Virus record (IMG/VR): IMGVR_UViG_3300030419_006277
Span: 1 to 64,000 of that record
Reading direction: 5' to 3' (one strand)
Length of the DNA stretch: 64,000 nucleotides
Source: an uncultured virus (IMG/VR IMGVR_UViG_3300030419_006277)
Taxonomy: Duplodnaviria > Heunggongvirae > Uroviricota > Caudoviricetes
This document shows positions 35,717 through 45,735 of this stretch, in pieces. Made by a program: the position numbers and the translations under genes. Under the pieces are notes generated by a model. That model was not told where the DNA came from and ran no database searches. It saw only the letters and a program-made list of their open reading frames with translations. How positions within the stretch are numbered: the stretch's first letter is position 1; each line of letters starts with the position of its first letter.

Positions 35717-35720
35717 ACTT

Positions 35721-36122
35721 ATGGCTACCCAAGTACAATTTAGAAGAGGCACTACAGCTGAGCACAGTAGTTTCAAAGGTGCTGATGGTGAAGTTACTGT
35801 AGATACTTCGAAAAAGACAGTTGTTATTCATGATGCTATTCAAGCAGGTGGTTATCCAGTTTTAAGACAGGATGGTTCCAATTCAGCTTTATCGCCCGGT
35901 GGACTTAGCAATTGTGCTTTAAAGTTTGATGGAGATTCGAATACTGGAATTATTAGCCCGTCTGCAGACAACATATCTTTAGTTACTGGAGGAGTTGCAA
36001 GGCTTACAATAGACGGAAGTGGTGCTGTGACTATTCCTGGTAATCTTATTGTTTCTGGTACTTTAACTGCAACATCCACTAGTTTCTCAGATCAAATTGC
36101 ACTCATTCTCGCATTAAGCTGA
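35721..36122 (+). CDS. Fibre protein with Mtd/hyaluronidase-type N-terminal domain
   Basis: VQFRRGTTAEHSSF.GA.GEVTVDT. Confidence 0.75.
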   Translation: MATQVQFRRGTTAEHSSFKGADGEVTVDTSKKTVVIHDAIQAGGYPVLRQDGSNSALSPGGLSNCALKFDGDSNTGIISPSADNISLVTGGVARLTIDGSGAVTIPGNLIVSGTLTATSTSFSDQIALILALS

Positions 36123-36123
36123 T

Positions 36124-36462
36124 ATGGCAAATACTTTCAAAGTCGATACTAAAGCAAGTGTTGTTACTGCAGCTATAACGGATGCAACTGCAGTAGTTGT
36201 TACAGCAGGGGGTTCGGCGACATGTATTCTTCTGAGTGTTTTGTTATCAAATAAGACCGGGACAAGTGCTGATGTTGATGTTTATTTAGAAACTACTGGT
36301 GATGATGTTTATTTATTAAGAAATGCTCCAGTACCTACTGGTTCTTCACTTGAGGTGATTAGTGGATCAAAAGTAATAATGGAATCCAATGATAAGTTAC
36401 GAATACGGTGCGGAACGGCATCAGCTATTGACGCCTCAGTCAGTTACTTAGAGCAGACTTAA
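36124..36462 (+). CDS. Small structural protein (MANTFK family)
   Basis: MANTFK...P.GSSLE...KVIME..D.L...SYLEQT. Confidence 0.7.
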   Translation: MANTFKVDTKASVVTAAITDATAVVVTAGGSATCILLSVLLSNKTGTSADVDVYLETTGDDVYLLRNAPVPTGSSLEVISGSKVIMESNDKLRIRCGTASAIDASVSYLEQT

Positions 36463-36474
36463 GGGGGTAAAAAA

Positions 36475-37116
36475 ATGACATTAAAGTTAAATGGCAGTTC
36501 CTCTGGTTTTGTAGCAATCGACGCACCAGCAGCAGCTGGAGGTAATACTTTAGTTCTCCCACCAGATAATGGAAGTAATGGAGAGTTTTTACAGACGAAT
36601 GGATCGGGGACTTTAGATTGGGCAGCAGTTTCGTCTGGTTTTGAAACTGAAGAATATGATGAGTGGAGGTTGACTACTAGTTTTACTGGTGCAGTAAACC
36701 CACTTACAAATAATTTAGAGCGACCAGATACTAATAGTTTTGAAAAGATAGGAACCGGAGTTTCACAATCTTCTGGTGTTTGGACTTTCCCTAATACAGG
36801 TAAATGGTTGATAACTACAAACTCAGCACATTATAAGCAATCAACTGTCGCTCGTTGGCCTGGTAGCATACATTACACGACCGTAGATAATGGATCAAAC
36901 TGGGTGGAAGCCGCAACAGGTTGGGCCTGGATGTACTATGCTAGTAACTCTGCAGGTAACACTGTAACTTTACGTACTCTATTTGATTGTACAGATACCA
37001 GCACTCATAAATTCAAGTGGGCTATTAATGATTCTGATGGCGAAACTACCACAACTGTTGGTGATACAGGAGCTAATAAAACATACATCTCCTTCTGGAA
37101 AATAGGGAGTACATAA
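36475..37116 (+). CDS. Fibre/receptor-binding-like protein
   Basis: LKLNGSSSG.V.I.APA; LPPDNGS.G.FLQTNGSGTL.W; WTFP.TGKW. Confidence 0.7.
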   Translation: MTLKLNGSSSGFVAIDAPAAAGGNTLVLPPDNGSNGEFLQTNGSGTLDWAAVSSGFETEEYDEWRLTTSFTGAVNPLTNNLERPDTNSFEKIGTGVSQSSGVWTFPNTGKWLITTNSAHYKQSTVARWPGSIHYTTVDNGSNWVEAATGWAWMYYASNSAGNTVTLRTLFDCTDTSTHKFKWAINDSDGETTTTVGDTGANKTYISFWKIGST

Positions 37117-37117
37117 A

Positions 37118-37456
37118 ATGGATACTAATACAGGAAGACCAAATCACATTGAAGACTATTTAATTACTGTAAGGAAGGGTCAGTGGTTTGGATGGACTAA
37201 TCCTAAAAATAAAATCTATTTAAATCTTGTTGTTAATGATGGAGGTAGTAAACCTTCTGAAGCAGATTGTACTAATGGACTTAAAGCACTACAAGATTCT
37301 TGGGATTTAGAAAATGACTCATATAGATCTAGACGCAGAGTAAAGTATCCTGATTTAGGTGAACAACTAGATCTTTTGTATTGGGACAAAAAGAATGGAA
37401 CTAATAAGTGGGTAGAATCTATTGATAAAATAAAATCTGATGTTCCTAAATCATGA
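37118..37456 (+). CDS. Fibre-associated small protein (putative chaperone)
   Basis: Y...R...YP...EQLD.LY......W...I..IK...PK motif. Confidence 0.7.
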   Translation: MDTNTGRPNHIEDYLITVRKGQWFGWTNPKNKIYLNLVVNDGGSKPSEADCTNGLKALQDSWDLENDSYRSRRRVKYPDLGEQLDLLYWDKKNGTNKWVESIDKIKSDVPKS

Positions 37457-37506
37457 GTATATTTAAAGTAGGAGCCATTAAAATATACTTAATTGAGGTG
37501 AAATAA

Positions 37507-38658
37507 ATGGCACTTAATGTTGTTAGTTCTGACAGATTAAGTACTAACGTAAAAACTTCAAACTTAGCCACAGGACTTTCAAGTAAAGTAGGTTCTAGTA
37601 AAAATTTACTAGTTAATGGAGCCATGCAGATTAGTCAGCGTGGAAATGTAACGGGTAAAACAGCTAGCACTTATGGAGGCCCTGATCGTTGGAAAACTTC
37701 AATTAGTGGATTAGGTACTTGGTCTATTAGTCAAGAGACTTCTGTTGTCCCAGCAGGTTTTAAAACTGCATATAAATTAGACTGTACGACTGCTGATGCT
37801 TCACCAGCCGCCACAGATCTTCTTGTTCTTCAATATAAGCTAGAAGGATTTGATCTACAAGGAGTTGCCGCTGGGACTTCTTCTGCTAAAAAACTTAGTT
37901 TAAGTTTCTGGGTTAGATGTACTAAAACAGGTAACTTTACTGTTCATTTAGACAATAAAGATGCAACCAGATCTATTGGTTCTACTGTAACTATCAGTTC
38001 TGCAGATACATGGGAAAAGAAGACCATGACATTTGCTGCTGATACAACAGGCGCATTTAATAATGATAATGGTGATGCTTTACATCTAAATATGTGGTTA
38101 GACGCAGGAAGTAATTACACAAGTGGAGCTGTTCCTTCTGCCTGGGAAGCTACATCTGATGCAGATAAGGCTGCTGGTACAAATTTAGCTTTAGGTAATA
38201 ACACTGCAAATATTTTTTATATAACTGGCGTTCAGTTAGAAATAGGAGATACACCTACTGAGTTCGAATATAGGCTGTACGGAGAAGAGTTAGAAAGATG
38301 TAAAAGATACTTCCATCGATTACTTGGAGGTGCAACTGATTACTGGCTACTCGCCACTAAGTATACAGATGATACTGCTATTGGTATCATGCATTGGTCT
38401 CCTTGGATGAGAACTACCCCTACATTTTCAGCGAATACAGGGACAAATTATTATCTTTGGTATGCAGATTCTGATGAATCAGGAGTTAATGTAGATGGTT
38501 CTGGTTTCTCTCTACAACAAGCAAGTGAAAGGTCTGGGGGTATTAGATATCTTCTAACTGGAGGAGAAAGTGGAAAGTCTTTTGCTGGAACAGGTGAAGG
38601 AATCTTATGGTTTTCTAGTTCTTCAGCTATAGTTGATCTTGATGCGGAGTTTTCTTAA
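37507..38658 (+). CDS. Fibre/carbohydrate-binding-like protein
   Basis: NLLVNGAMQISQRG...DRW...TGVQLEIG..PTEFE.R.YGEEL.RC.RY. Confidence 0.75.
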   Translation: MALNVVSSDRLSTNVKTSNLATGLSSKVGSSKNLLVNGAMQISQRGNVTGKTASTYGGPDRWKTSISGLGTWSISQETSVVPAGFKTAYKLDCTTADASPAATDLLVLQYKLEGFDLQGVAAGTSSAKKLSLSFWVRCTKTGNFTVHLDNKDATRSIGSTVTISSADTWEKKTMTFAADTTGAFNNDNGDALHLNMWLDAGSNYTSGAVPSAWEATSDADKAAGTNLALGNNTANIFYITGVQLEIGDTPTEFEYRLYGEELERCKRYFHRLLGGATDYWLLATKYTDDTAIGIMHWSPWMRTTPTFSANTGTNYYLWYADSDESGVNVDGSGFSLQQASERSGGIRYLLTGGESGKSFAGTGEGILWFSSSSAIVDLDAEFS

Positions 38659-38660
38659 TT

Positions 38661-39035
38661 ATGGCTAAATATAAACTTGTAAAAAGTAGTACTTCAGGAG
38701 AAGTAGTTTCTGTAACTCTTATAGAAGGTAACGTACATCATTCTATACCTTTAGCTGAGGATAATAGTCATTATCAAGAGTATAAAGCTTGGGTAGATGC
38801 AGGTAATACTCCAGATCCAGCAGATGGACCTAGTGATTGGGATATAGCTAGAAGGAAAAGAGATAAACTATTAAAGAATTCAGATTGGACAATGATTACA
38901 GGGGTGACTGTGGATCAAGCTCAATGGGCTGCCTATAGAGATAAATTAAGAGAAATACCCCAAACTTACAAAGGAAAAGCAACGTCAGAAATTGTTTGGC
39001 CTACAGCCCCTTCTACTAAGGGTCCAAATAGTTAA
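38661..39035 (+). CDS. Tail fibre assembly chaperone
   Basis: N.HYQEYKAW..AGNTP; RRKRDKLLKNSDWT...W..YR.KLREIP...WP..P. Confidence 0.8.
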   Translation: MAKYKLVKSSTSGEVVSVTLIEGNVHHSIPLAEDNSHYQEYKAWVDAGNTPDPADGPSDWDIARRKRDKLLKNSDWTMITGVTVDQAQWAAYRDKLREIPQTYKGKATSEIVWPTAPSTKGPNS

Positions 39036-39098
39036 TTAATAGAAGAGTTATCAACTGTAAAATAAGAAGAGTAGTAGCTTTCTCTTTGTTAATTTGTT

Positions 39099-39797
39099 AT
39101 GGCATATATTGGAAATAATCTCCAAGTTGCGTTCGAGAGCTATAAAGCTATCGATGATATAAGTAGTAGTTTTAATGGATCCACAACTACCTTTAATTTG
39201 CATGTTGGAGGAGTCACCCCAACTCCTTTTCCAAAAATACCTCAAAATTGTTTAATTTCGGTCGGTGGTGTTATACAAGAACCAGACGATACAGGCACTA
39301 CAGGTTTTAAATTTAATACAAGTAATCAGCTAGTCTTTAGTTCTGCTCCAGCTGAGGGAGAGTCTTTCTTTGGTGTAATTCTTGCCGGTGCAGATTATGT
39401 AAATGCTGGTGTGAATTTCCCTGCTGGTACATTAGGTGCTCCCAGTATTACCTTTGATGGTGATTTAGACACTGGTTTTTATAGGGCTGCAGCTGATACG
39501 GTCGCTTTAGTATCAGGTGGAACAAAGATTGCACAGTTCCCCACAACTCAAGGAGCTGCAGATAAGGCATTAATTACGGATGGAGCAGGTAATTTAAGCT
39601 GGGGAGATGCTGGCGGCGGAGCAGTTGGGGGTGGATCAGATAAAATTTTTATTGAGAATGGTCAAACTGTAACTACTAATTATACAATTGGAGATAAATT
39701 TGGAGCTGTTTGTAACGCCGGTAGCTTTGGACCGATTACAATAAATTCATCGATCGTGGTCACGATTCCTAGTGGTGAAACCTGGACGATAGTTTAA
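39099..39797 (+). CDS. Fibre/baseplate-wedge-like structural protein
   Basis: MAYIGN...DDISSSFNG.TTTF.L; LISVGGVIQEP; C-terminal GPITI...VTIPSG.TWTIV. Confidence 0.7.
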   Translation: MAYIGNNLQVAFESYKAIDDISSSFNGSTTTFNLHVGGVTPTPFPKIPQNCLISVGGVIQEPDDTGTTGFKFNTSNQLVFSSAPAEGESFFGVILAGADYVNAGVNFPAGTLGAPSITFDGDLDTGFYRAAADTVALVSGGTKIAQFPTTQGAADKALITDGAGNLSWGDAGGGAVGGGSDKIFIENGQTVTTNYTIGDKFGAVCNAGSFGPITINSSIVVTIPSGETWTIV

Positions 39798-39800
39798 ATT

Positions 39801-40388
39801 ATGGCACTTGTTTTAACTGGAGCAGCGGCTTCAAATATAAATTTAGGTACGAATGGAACTATTACCGGATTAGCTGTAGGGGGTGTTCCAGATGGAACAA
39901 TCGATACAGATGCTATAGCAGTTAGTGCAAGAGGTAAGATTCTTCAAATAGTTGCAGGGACTCCTGATACAACATACAGGACTTCTACTTCAACGAGTTT
40001 CGTTACAGCTTCAAGTACTTGTAATGTAGCAATTACACCAACATCTGCTTCTAGCAAAATACTTGTTATATGTAAGACTCAGATTTCTTGTAATGATGGT
40101 AATGATGCCTGGGCAGCTACTATTTATCGTGACTCTACAAATTTAGGTGTTACTGATGCGGGTTTAGCAAATGGAAATAGTGTTCCAGGTATTGTTGGAC
40201 TATATTATCCTGTTTCAATGCATTATGTAGATTCACCAAGCACTACAAGTTCGATAACCTATCAGCTTCGAGTATGTGTGCATGATCTAGATGCTGATGG
40301 ATATAGTGTAAATATAGGAAATACAAGTTATGGAACATCTGCTGGAGACGTTGTTCCTTCTACAATGTATGCTATGGAGTTCGCATAA
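39801..40388 (+). CDS. Fibre-tip-like protein
   Basis: GKILQ.V; ITPTSASSKILV; DSPSTTS.ITY; AMEF. Confidence 0.7.
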   Translation: MALVLTGAAASNINLGTNGTITGLAVGGVPDGTIDTDAIAVSARGKILQIVAGTPDTTYRTSTSTSFVTASSTCNVAITPTSASSKILVICKTQISCNDGNDAWAATIYRDSTNLGVTDAGLANGNSVPGIVGLYYPVSMHYVDSPSTTSSITYQLRVCVHDLDADGYSVNIGNTSYGTSAGDVVPSTMYAMEFA

Positions 40389-40711
40389 TGGCCACTAACA
40401 AACAAATAGTCGATGCTGCCAGAGCAATAGATCCTAAAGCAGACTTGTCAGTCTCTGGAGGAGATGTAAATACAATTGTTTGGGAGAATGGTTACTCAGG
40501 TATTGATATTGATGTTTTAAAGGAAAAGATAGTTGAGATAGAAACTCGAGATATAAATAATAGATATCAGACAGCAAGAAAGCGTATGTATCCTCCTTTC
40601 GGAGATCAATTAGACTCTCTTTATAAAGACATACTAACAGGGAAGTTAGACTCAACTGGAGAGTTTGCTAGAGGAATTCTGGCTGTTAAGCAAGCACATC
40701 CAAAACCATGA
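40388..40711 (+). CDS. Fibre-associated small protein (putative chaperone)
   Basis: YQ..R...YP..GDQLD.LY.D.......VK..HPKP. Confidence 0.7.
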   Translation: MATNKQIVDAARAIDPKADLSVSGGDVNTIVWENGYSGIDIDVLKEKIVEIETRDINNRYQTARKRMYPPFGDQLDSLYKDILTGKLDSTGEFARGILAVKQAHPKP

Positions 40712-41886
40712 GCACATTAAAAGTTAACGCAATTAGAGGTACAGGTGCATCATCGGATGCTATTACAGTTAATGCTACTGATGGAAGTTGCACGGCAAAG
40801 ATTACTAATAACTTAAGCAACAGAAATTTAATAATTAATGGTGCTGTGAACGTGGCACAACGAGGAACCTCATCTACATCTACAGGTTATGCAACTGTAG
40901 ATAGAATGAATTGGGGTTTATCAGGTCATAGTGTAACTGTTACTCAATCTCAACACGCATTAACTTCTAGCGATACTGGACCTTGGGAGAAAGGTTTTAG
41001 GAACTCAGCACATATAGCCTTATCCGGTGCTGGTACTATGGCAACCGGAACCACTATGAGTATGTTCTACAAAGTAGAAGCTCAAGATATCGCTAATTCT
41101 GGTTGGGACTATACTAATACTTCAAGCAATATAACAGTAAGTTTCTGGTTAAAAGTAAGTACAGTACAGACTTTTTATCTTTTACTATTTACATCTGACG
41201 GCACTTCTAAGTCAATAGTTAAAGAAGTTACTCCTGCTGATACAAACTGGAATAAATTTACTTTTACTATACCTGGCCACGCTGATTTACAGTTTGATAA
41301 TAATAGTGATGTTGGTTTAAGTTGTGCACTTATTGTTACTTATGGAACTGATAAAACAGGATCAGGTAATAACTTAAATTCTTGGGGTAATTACAACTCA
41401 AGCGAAAGAGTACCTGATATGGCCAGTACATGGTTAACAGCAGGTGCTTCTACATATGAATTTACTGGGCTTCAGTTAGAAGTAGGAGACGTTGCCACTG
41501 ACTTTGAACATAGATCGTTTGGGGATGAATTATGGAGATGCCGTCGTTATTGTCAGGCATCAAAAGCTGATGATAATGATTTCTTATTTGGTCCTGGTTA
41601 TGAAGGAGGAAGTGGAAGCTTTTATATGCCTGTAATGCTCAATCCACCAATGAGAGGATCACCTTCTATGACTATAGTTTCAGGAGATTGGAAACAAGTT
41701 GGTCAAGCTGGACAATCTACTAATTATACAGGTGCAATGGCTGCTTATGATCCTCAACCTGGTCCTATCTATACATCTTTATTATTCTGGAAAGATACAG
41801 ATTATCCAGGTAGTAAAGATGGAAGAACGCAGTGGATGAGGGCTGATAGTGATGGTACAGTTGTGGCACTTGAAGCGGAGCTTTAA
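40708..41886 (+). CDS. Fibre/carbohydrate-binding-like protein, paralog of 37507-38658
   Basis: RNLIINGA..VAQRG; TGLQLEVG.VATDFEHRS.GDEL.RC.RY. Confidence 0.75.
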   Translation: MSTLKVNAIRGTGASSDAITVNATDGSCTAKITNNLSNRNLIINGAVNVAQRGTSSTSTGYATVDRMNWGLSGHSVTVTQSQHALTSSDTGPWEKGFRNSAHIALSGAGTMATGTTMSMFYKVEAQDIANSGWDYTNTSSNITVSFWLKVSTVQTFYLLLFTSDGTSKSIVKEVTPADTNWNKFTFTIPGHADLQFDNNSDVGLSCALIVTYGTDKTGSGNNLNSWGNYNSSERVPDMASTWLTAGASTYEFTGLQLEVGDVATDFEHRSFGDELWRCRRYCQASKADDNDFLFGPGYEGGSGSFYMPVMLNPPMRGSPSMTIVSGDWKQVGQAGQSTNYTGAMAAYDPQPGPIYTSLLFWKDTDYPGSKDGRTQWMRADSDGTVVALEAEL

Positions 41887-41888
41887 CT

Positions 41889-42077
41889 ATGGCAGAAAAA
41901 TACAAATGGGTTAAACACCCAGAATTTCCAAATGATGCAAATCGAAATGGTTTGCTATATGCAGAAGATGGAGTTAACTATCGAGTATCTATAAATCGTA
42001 GTGATACTGGTAGCTATCTTTATAAGCAATACCAAGCCTGGATTGATGCAGGTAACACTCCAGAGGCTGCCGACTAG
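41889..42077 (+). CDS. Small fibre-associated protein
   Basis: YQAWIDAGNTPEAAD motif. Confidence 0.7.
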   Translation: MAEKYKWVKHPEFPNDANRNGLLYAEDGVNYRVSINRSDTGSYLYKQYQAWIDAGNTPEAAD

Positions 42078-42568
42078 TGAAACCCCCTAGTACGGATAAC
42101 TGCTATAACTTTAGAGTTATATCGGTAGATCGTGTTGTCGATGGGGATACTATAGATGTAACTTTTGATTTAGGTTTCGGTATTTGTAAATCTGAAAGAA
42201 TTCGTGTAGCTGGGGTTGATTCTCCAGAGAAAAGAACACGTAATTTAGAAGAGAAAGAATTAGGAATTGATGCTTCTGATTGGCTCGAATATAAATTAGA
42301 AGGTGCAATAGCTGGTGAAGAAGATTTAGTTATTAGAACTGAATTAGAAGGTGGTAAAGGTAAGTTTGGAAGACTTTTAGGATGGCTTTATATTGGGTAT
42401 TCTAAGTGTGATGGAAATTGTTATTGTAGTTGTCATTCACAGGTTTCTATTAATGAAACAATGGTTGAAGAAGGTTATGCATGGGAGTATGATGGCGGTA
42501 CAAAATCTAAAGACCTTGAAACTTTACGAGAAATTCGTAAGATAAGGGGTAGCTTAATCTCGGAATAG
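42077..42568 (+). CDS. Thermonuclease (staphylococcal nuclease-like) protein
   Basis: RVVDGDTIDV; RIRVAGVDSPE; GKFGRLLG; INETMVEEGYAW. Confidence 0.88.
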   Translation: MKPPSTDNCYNFRVISVDRVVDGDTIDVTFDLGFGICKSERIRVAGVDSPEKRTRNLEEKELGIDASDWLEYKLEGAIAGEEDLVIRTELEGGKGKFGRLLGWLYIGYSKCDGNCYCSCHSQVSINETMVEEGYAWEYDGGTKSKDLETLREIRKIRGSLISE

Positions 42569-42571
42569 GTC

Positions 42572-42814
42572 ATGCAAAAAGTTGTCAACTTCGTTGCTCT
42601 TGCGTCTGGTGTTGTATCTCTTGCCGTTGTTGGGAGTGGCTTATATGTATACGTACAAAGAGATCAACTTATTGATAGTGTCAAGTCTCAAGTCCTTAAG
42701 TCAGTTACTGGTTCACTTCCTGGACTAGTCGATACAAAATTACCTTCTACAACTGGTGGAGTAGTACCAGGAGTTCCGGCTAGTAAATCTACTGGGCTTG
42801 GTATTCCTAGATAG
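42572..42814 (+). CDS. Small membrane protein of cyanophage type
   Basis: MQKVVN..AL.SG.VSL.VVG.G.Y.Y. Confidence 0.7.
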   Translation: MQKVVNFVALASGVVSLAVVGSGLYVYVQRDQLIDSVKSQVLKSVTGSLPGLVDTKLPSTTGGVVPGVPASKSTGLGIPR

Positions 42815-43578
42815 TGTCTGAAATACCTGATATTCAGGTTAATCCAATTGGGGTTCCTTATATACCTCCTTGGGTAATTCATAGCGTTCCTCCGGCTCCT
42901 GTAGCGCCTCCTGTAACAGTAAACATAGGTTTTCCTATTATTGATATGCCAGGGTGTGTTGAATGGCATCCTGACGATAAAAGAGCAGGTAATTTACCCT
43001 TAGAGGATAAAGATGGGGTAAGGACATTATGTCCTAATGGCCAATATCCTTCATATAACGCTCTAGATTATACTCCTGAGAATTTAATTATTACTGAGCA
43101 GGTTGCTCCTCCTGCTTATAAAGACGCTGAAACACCACCTCCTCCTACTCCTGAGACAGATATTCCTGATATCCCTAAAAAGGAAGACGAAGAGGTTGAA
43201 TGTCCTGGTCCTAAAGATCAAAGAATTGGAGACTTAAGAAATGTACAAGGGAAAGAGAAAGTTATTGGTCACGAAGTACGAAATGGTGAATGTATAACTC
43301 TTTACGAAGAGACAACTGTAGTCGATAAATATGTACCAACTCCTGCTCAGGTGGTTAACACGGCTCAGATTGCTGTTGTAGCTGCTACTGTACCCTTATT
43401 AATTGCAGCTGTTAAACCTGCAGTTGCTCAATTAATTAAGAGAATACCTAAATTATTAGGACGTAAAAATAAAGAAGTTTTATCTTTTAGCGAGAAATTG
43501 GCTCGCCAACGCTCATTGAATCAAGAACAGAAGAAGAAGAATCAGATGGGTCAGAGGAAGACGAAGAAGAAGAAATAG
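42814..43578 (+). CDS. Pro-rich membrane-anchored cyanophage protein
   Basis: PPVTV.IG.PIIDMPGCV; CPGP...RIGD; C-terminal hydrophobic segment and basic tail. Confidence 0.7.
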   Translation: MSEIPDIQVNPIGVPYIPPWVIHSVPPAPVAPPVTVNIGFPIIDMPGCVEWHPDDKRAGNLPLEDKDGVRTLCPNGQYPSYNALDYTPENLIITEQVAPPAYKDAETPPPPTPETDIPDIPKKEDEEVECPGPKDQRIGDLRNVQGKEKVIGHEVRNGECITLYEETTVVDKYVPTPAQVVNTAQIAVVAATVPLLIAAVKPAVAQLIKRIPKLLGRKNKEVLSFSEKLARQRSLNQEQKKKNQMGQRKTKKKK

Positions 43579-44398
43579 GGTTGATTGAATGCTGGTGCTG
43601 GCCGACAACTCCTGGAGGATTTACAAGAACAACGTCTGAACAAATTACTGCAAATTTAGATTTAGGATGAAACATTATCCCAGCTTTCATAAGTTCTCCG
43701 CAATTCTTAAGTCTAGCGATTTCAAAATCTAAACGTTTGTTCGCAGTTAATTGTAGGACGTGAGCAATTCGTGAATCCACTGCTCGTTTACATCTGGATT
43801 GCAGTCCTCCGTCGAGGGGTATTGAAAGAGTGGCCGAGATTCCATAATTAAAGTTGAACTGATCTTTTTGTCCAGTTCTTGTGGGCACGTGATAAAGAAT
43901 GGAGCCTGGATTGTCCATAACCCCGTCATTATTGGTATCAGAAGTGTCGTAAACAGGGTCATTATAGTAATACTCTTTTGGTTTCTGGAAAGAATGACTG
44001 TCGGTTAAAAATGGCGTAATGTTTAAAGTAGGACCCTGGCACGAGATTCCGTCCCCATAGGTGTTGGTAATGTACGGTCCTTGTAAAACTTGGATGGCTT
44101 GGTTGGTAACAGAGCCTGAGCTATTAGCCACAGGATTAGCAGTGGCGCTAACACCGCCAACGTCCGCAGAGCGTACTGGCGTCGGGAATAAAACATTCGC
44201 ATTTAATAATATTAGTAGTAGATACTTTAATTGCTGAAAGTTGAAGTGGTGTCGGTCACACTTTGGATCTCGGTGACTCTCTGAATTATTGTCTGGTTGA
44301 CCATCCCGGGTGCTCGATATGTTTCGGTAAATTGAAAACTTCCACCGGGATTTGCGATGCTCCAATCTGGTTTGTTTGCGGCATCTAAACCAGTCCAT
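43487..44398 (-). CDS. Exported cyanophage conserved protein (start uncertain)
   Basis: SATANPVANSSGSVTNQAIQ; CQGPTLNITPF; RLDFEIARLKNCGEL. Confidence 0.7.
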   Translation of the reverse strand: MDWFRCRKQTRLEHRKSRWKFSIYRNISSTRDGQPDNNSESHRDPKCDRHHFNFQQLKYLLLILLNANVLFPTPVRSADVGGVSATANPVANSSGSVTNQAIQVLQGPYITNTYGDGISCQGPTLNITPFLTDSHSFQKPKEYYYNDPVYDTSDTNNDGVMDNPGSILYHVPTRTGQKDQFNFNYGISATLSIPLDGGLQSRCKRAVDSRIAHVLQLTANKRLDFEIARLKNCGELMKAGIMFHPKSKFAVICSDVVLVNPPGVVGQHQHSINPISSSSSSSDPSDSSSSVLDSMSVGEPISR

Positions 44399-44658
44399 GT
44401 TGATGTAACACCTTGAAGAGTATTCGAATTTCCAGTAACTGCATTAGGAGAGATACTTGATCCGGAATGTTCTACATTTGTACCGGTCACAGTATACTGC
44501 CAACCTGTTTGATAATCTATCGAATTTATAGTCTCAGTTACTTTAGATGTTGTTTCTGTATGACTCGTCATACCCCCTTGAGTGAAATTTGGGATAACGG
44601 GAACTGCAGCAGCTTCCGGCACAAAGACAAGTAATAACAGCCATAGAAGCTGCTTCAT
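44227..44658 (-). CDS. Exported cyanophage conserved protein
   Basis: Signal peptide; AVPVIPNFTQG.MTS.TET; FQFTETY..PG. Confidence 0.75.
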   Translation of the reverse strand: MKQLLWLLLLVFVPEAAAVPVIPNFTQGGMTSHTETTSKVTETINSIDYQTGWQYTVTGTNVEHSGSSISPNAVTGNSNTLQGVTSTWTGLDAANKPDWSIANPGGSFQFTETYRAPGMVNQTIIQRVTEIQSVTDTTSTFSN

Positions 44659-44660
44659 GA

Positions 44661-45170
44661 CTAGTCAATGGTTATTTCGCTAACGAATTGGCCCGTAGCC
44701 GTCGTTCCAGCTCCACCGGCTGTAATTGTCATAACACCTGCGGAGGTTATTGTTCCTGCAAGAGAACCTGCGACACCACCACTTTGTGTGGTCTGTACTC
44801 CATAAGCTGGCATATCTGCGACTACCCCGGCGGTAACATCAACACCAGCACCCATTGCTGCTATGGCGTCTCCTTGAGTATAACTTTCGCTAAATGAAAA
44901 AGCCGATCCTGCGGTATTTATATCGTAAGTACCAACATCAAGAGTTGGTGCAGCAGTTGCACTTCCTGCTGTTAATGCACCAAAATGACCACTATTAGAA
45001 GTATCGACTTTTATATTAGAACCTGAGACTGTATAAGTACTTCCGAGCCTAGTTCCGCTTGTTGCTGCCCCGTTAACAGTTAACTGAGTACTCGTTGATA
45101 GACGATGAACCAAATCTGCACGTGCTTCTGGTGCAATAAATAATATTAATAATGGTAATAGTTTCCACAT
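44661..45170 (-). CDS. Exported cyanophage conserved protein
   Basis: Signal peptide; AGSAFSFSESY.QGD; TAGGAGT.ATGQFVSE. Confidence 0.75.
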   Translation of the reverse strand: MWKLLPLLILFIAPEARADLVHRLSTSTQLTVNGAATSGTRLGSTYTVSGSNIKVDTSNSGHFGALTAGSATAAPTLDVGTYDINTAGSAFSFSESYTQGDAIAAMGAGVDVTAGVVADMPAYGVQTTQSGGVAGSLAGTITSAGVMTITAGGAGTTATGQFVSEITID

Positions 45171-45241
45171 AGTTGGGATTAATACCTTGATGCTTTATAA
45201 GTTTACTTGAGGGTAAACTTAGTAAGTACTGCTACTATACG

Positions 45242-45691
45242 ATGCCTGAAAATGTAAAAGAGGTTCAAAAAGACCATGAGAAAAAGAAAGGTCCTTTAGG
45301 GAAGATTAAAGAAGCTTTAATCCCAGACCAAGAAGAGCAGGCTGTAATAATATCTACAGCGGTCAGAATTGTTGTACTTGGCTGGTCTGGTGCAATATTA
45401 ACTTTAAATTACGTTTCTATCCCAGGTATTCCTCAACAGAAGATAGATCCAACCTTCATAGCTAGCGTGTTTACTGGTGTTTTGGCGTCTTTTGGGATCC
45501 AAACAGCGAGTAAAAAAGGTGACGGAACTTATAAATCAAGTGGTGAAAGTAGTCAGGTAAGTAAAAAAGATATGGAGAAATTGATTGAGAAAGCTTCCGC
45601 TGTTGGTCCTGTTCAGACAATTAGAATTGAGCAGGCTCCATTAGTAGTTAAAGCTGAAGATCCTAAGGAAAATACTAAATACACTATGTAA
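45242..45691 (+). CDS. Two-TM cyanophage membrane protein
   Basis: VL.WS..ILTLNY; KIDPTFIASVFTG.LASFG. Confidence 0.75.
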   Translation: MPENVKEVQKDHEKKKGPLGKIKEALIPDQEEQAVIISTAVRIVVLGWSGAILTLNYVSIPGIPQQKIDPTFIASVFTGVLASFGIQTASKKGDGTYKSSGESSQVSKKDMEKLIEKASAVGPVQTIRIEQAPLVVKAEDPKENTKYTM

Positions 45692-45735
45692 TTTCATAAG
45701 GTGTAGTTAATATGTAGTCGACATGCTTTTTTTGC

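Noticed and set aside
35721..36122. Diversity-generating retroelement suggested by the Mtd-like N-terminal domain
   Set aside because: No reverse transcriptase and no template/variable repeat pair seen in the window.
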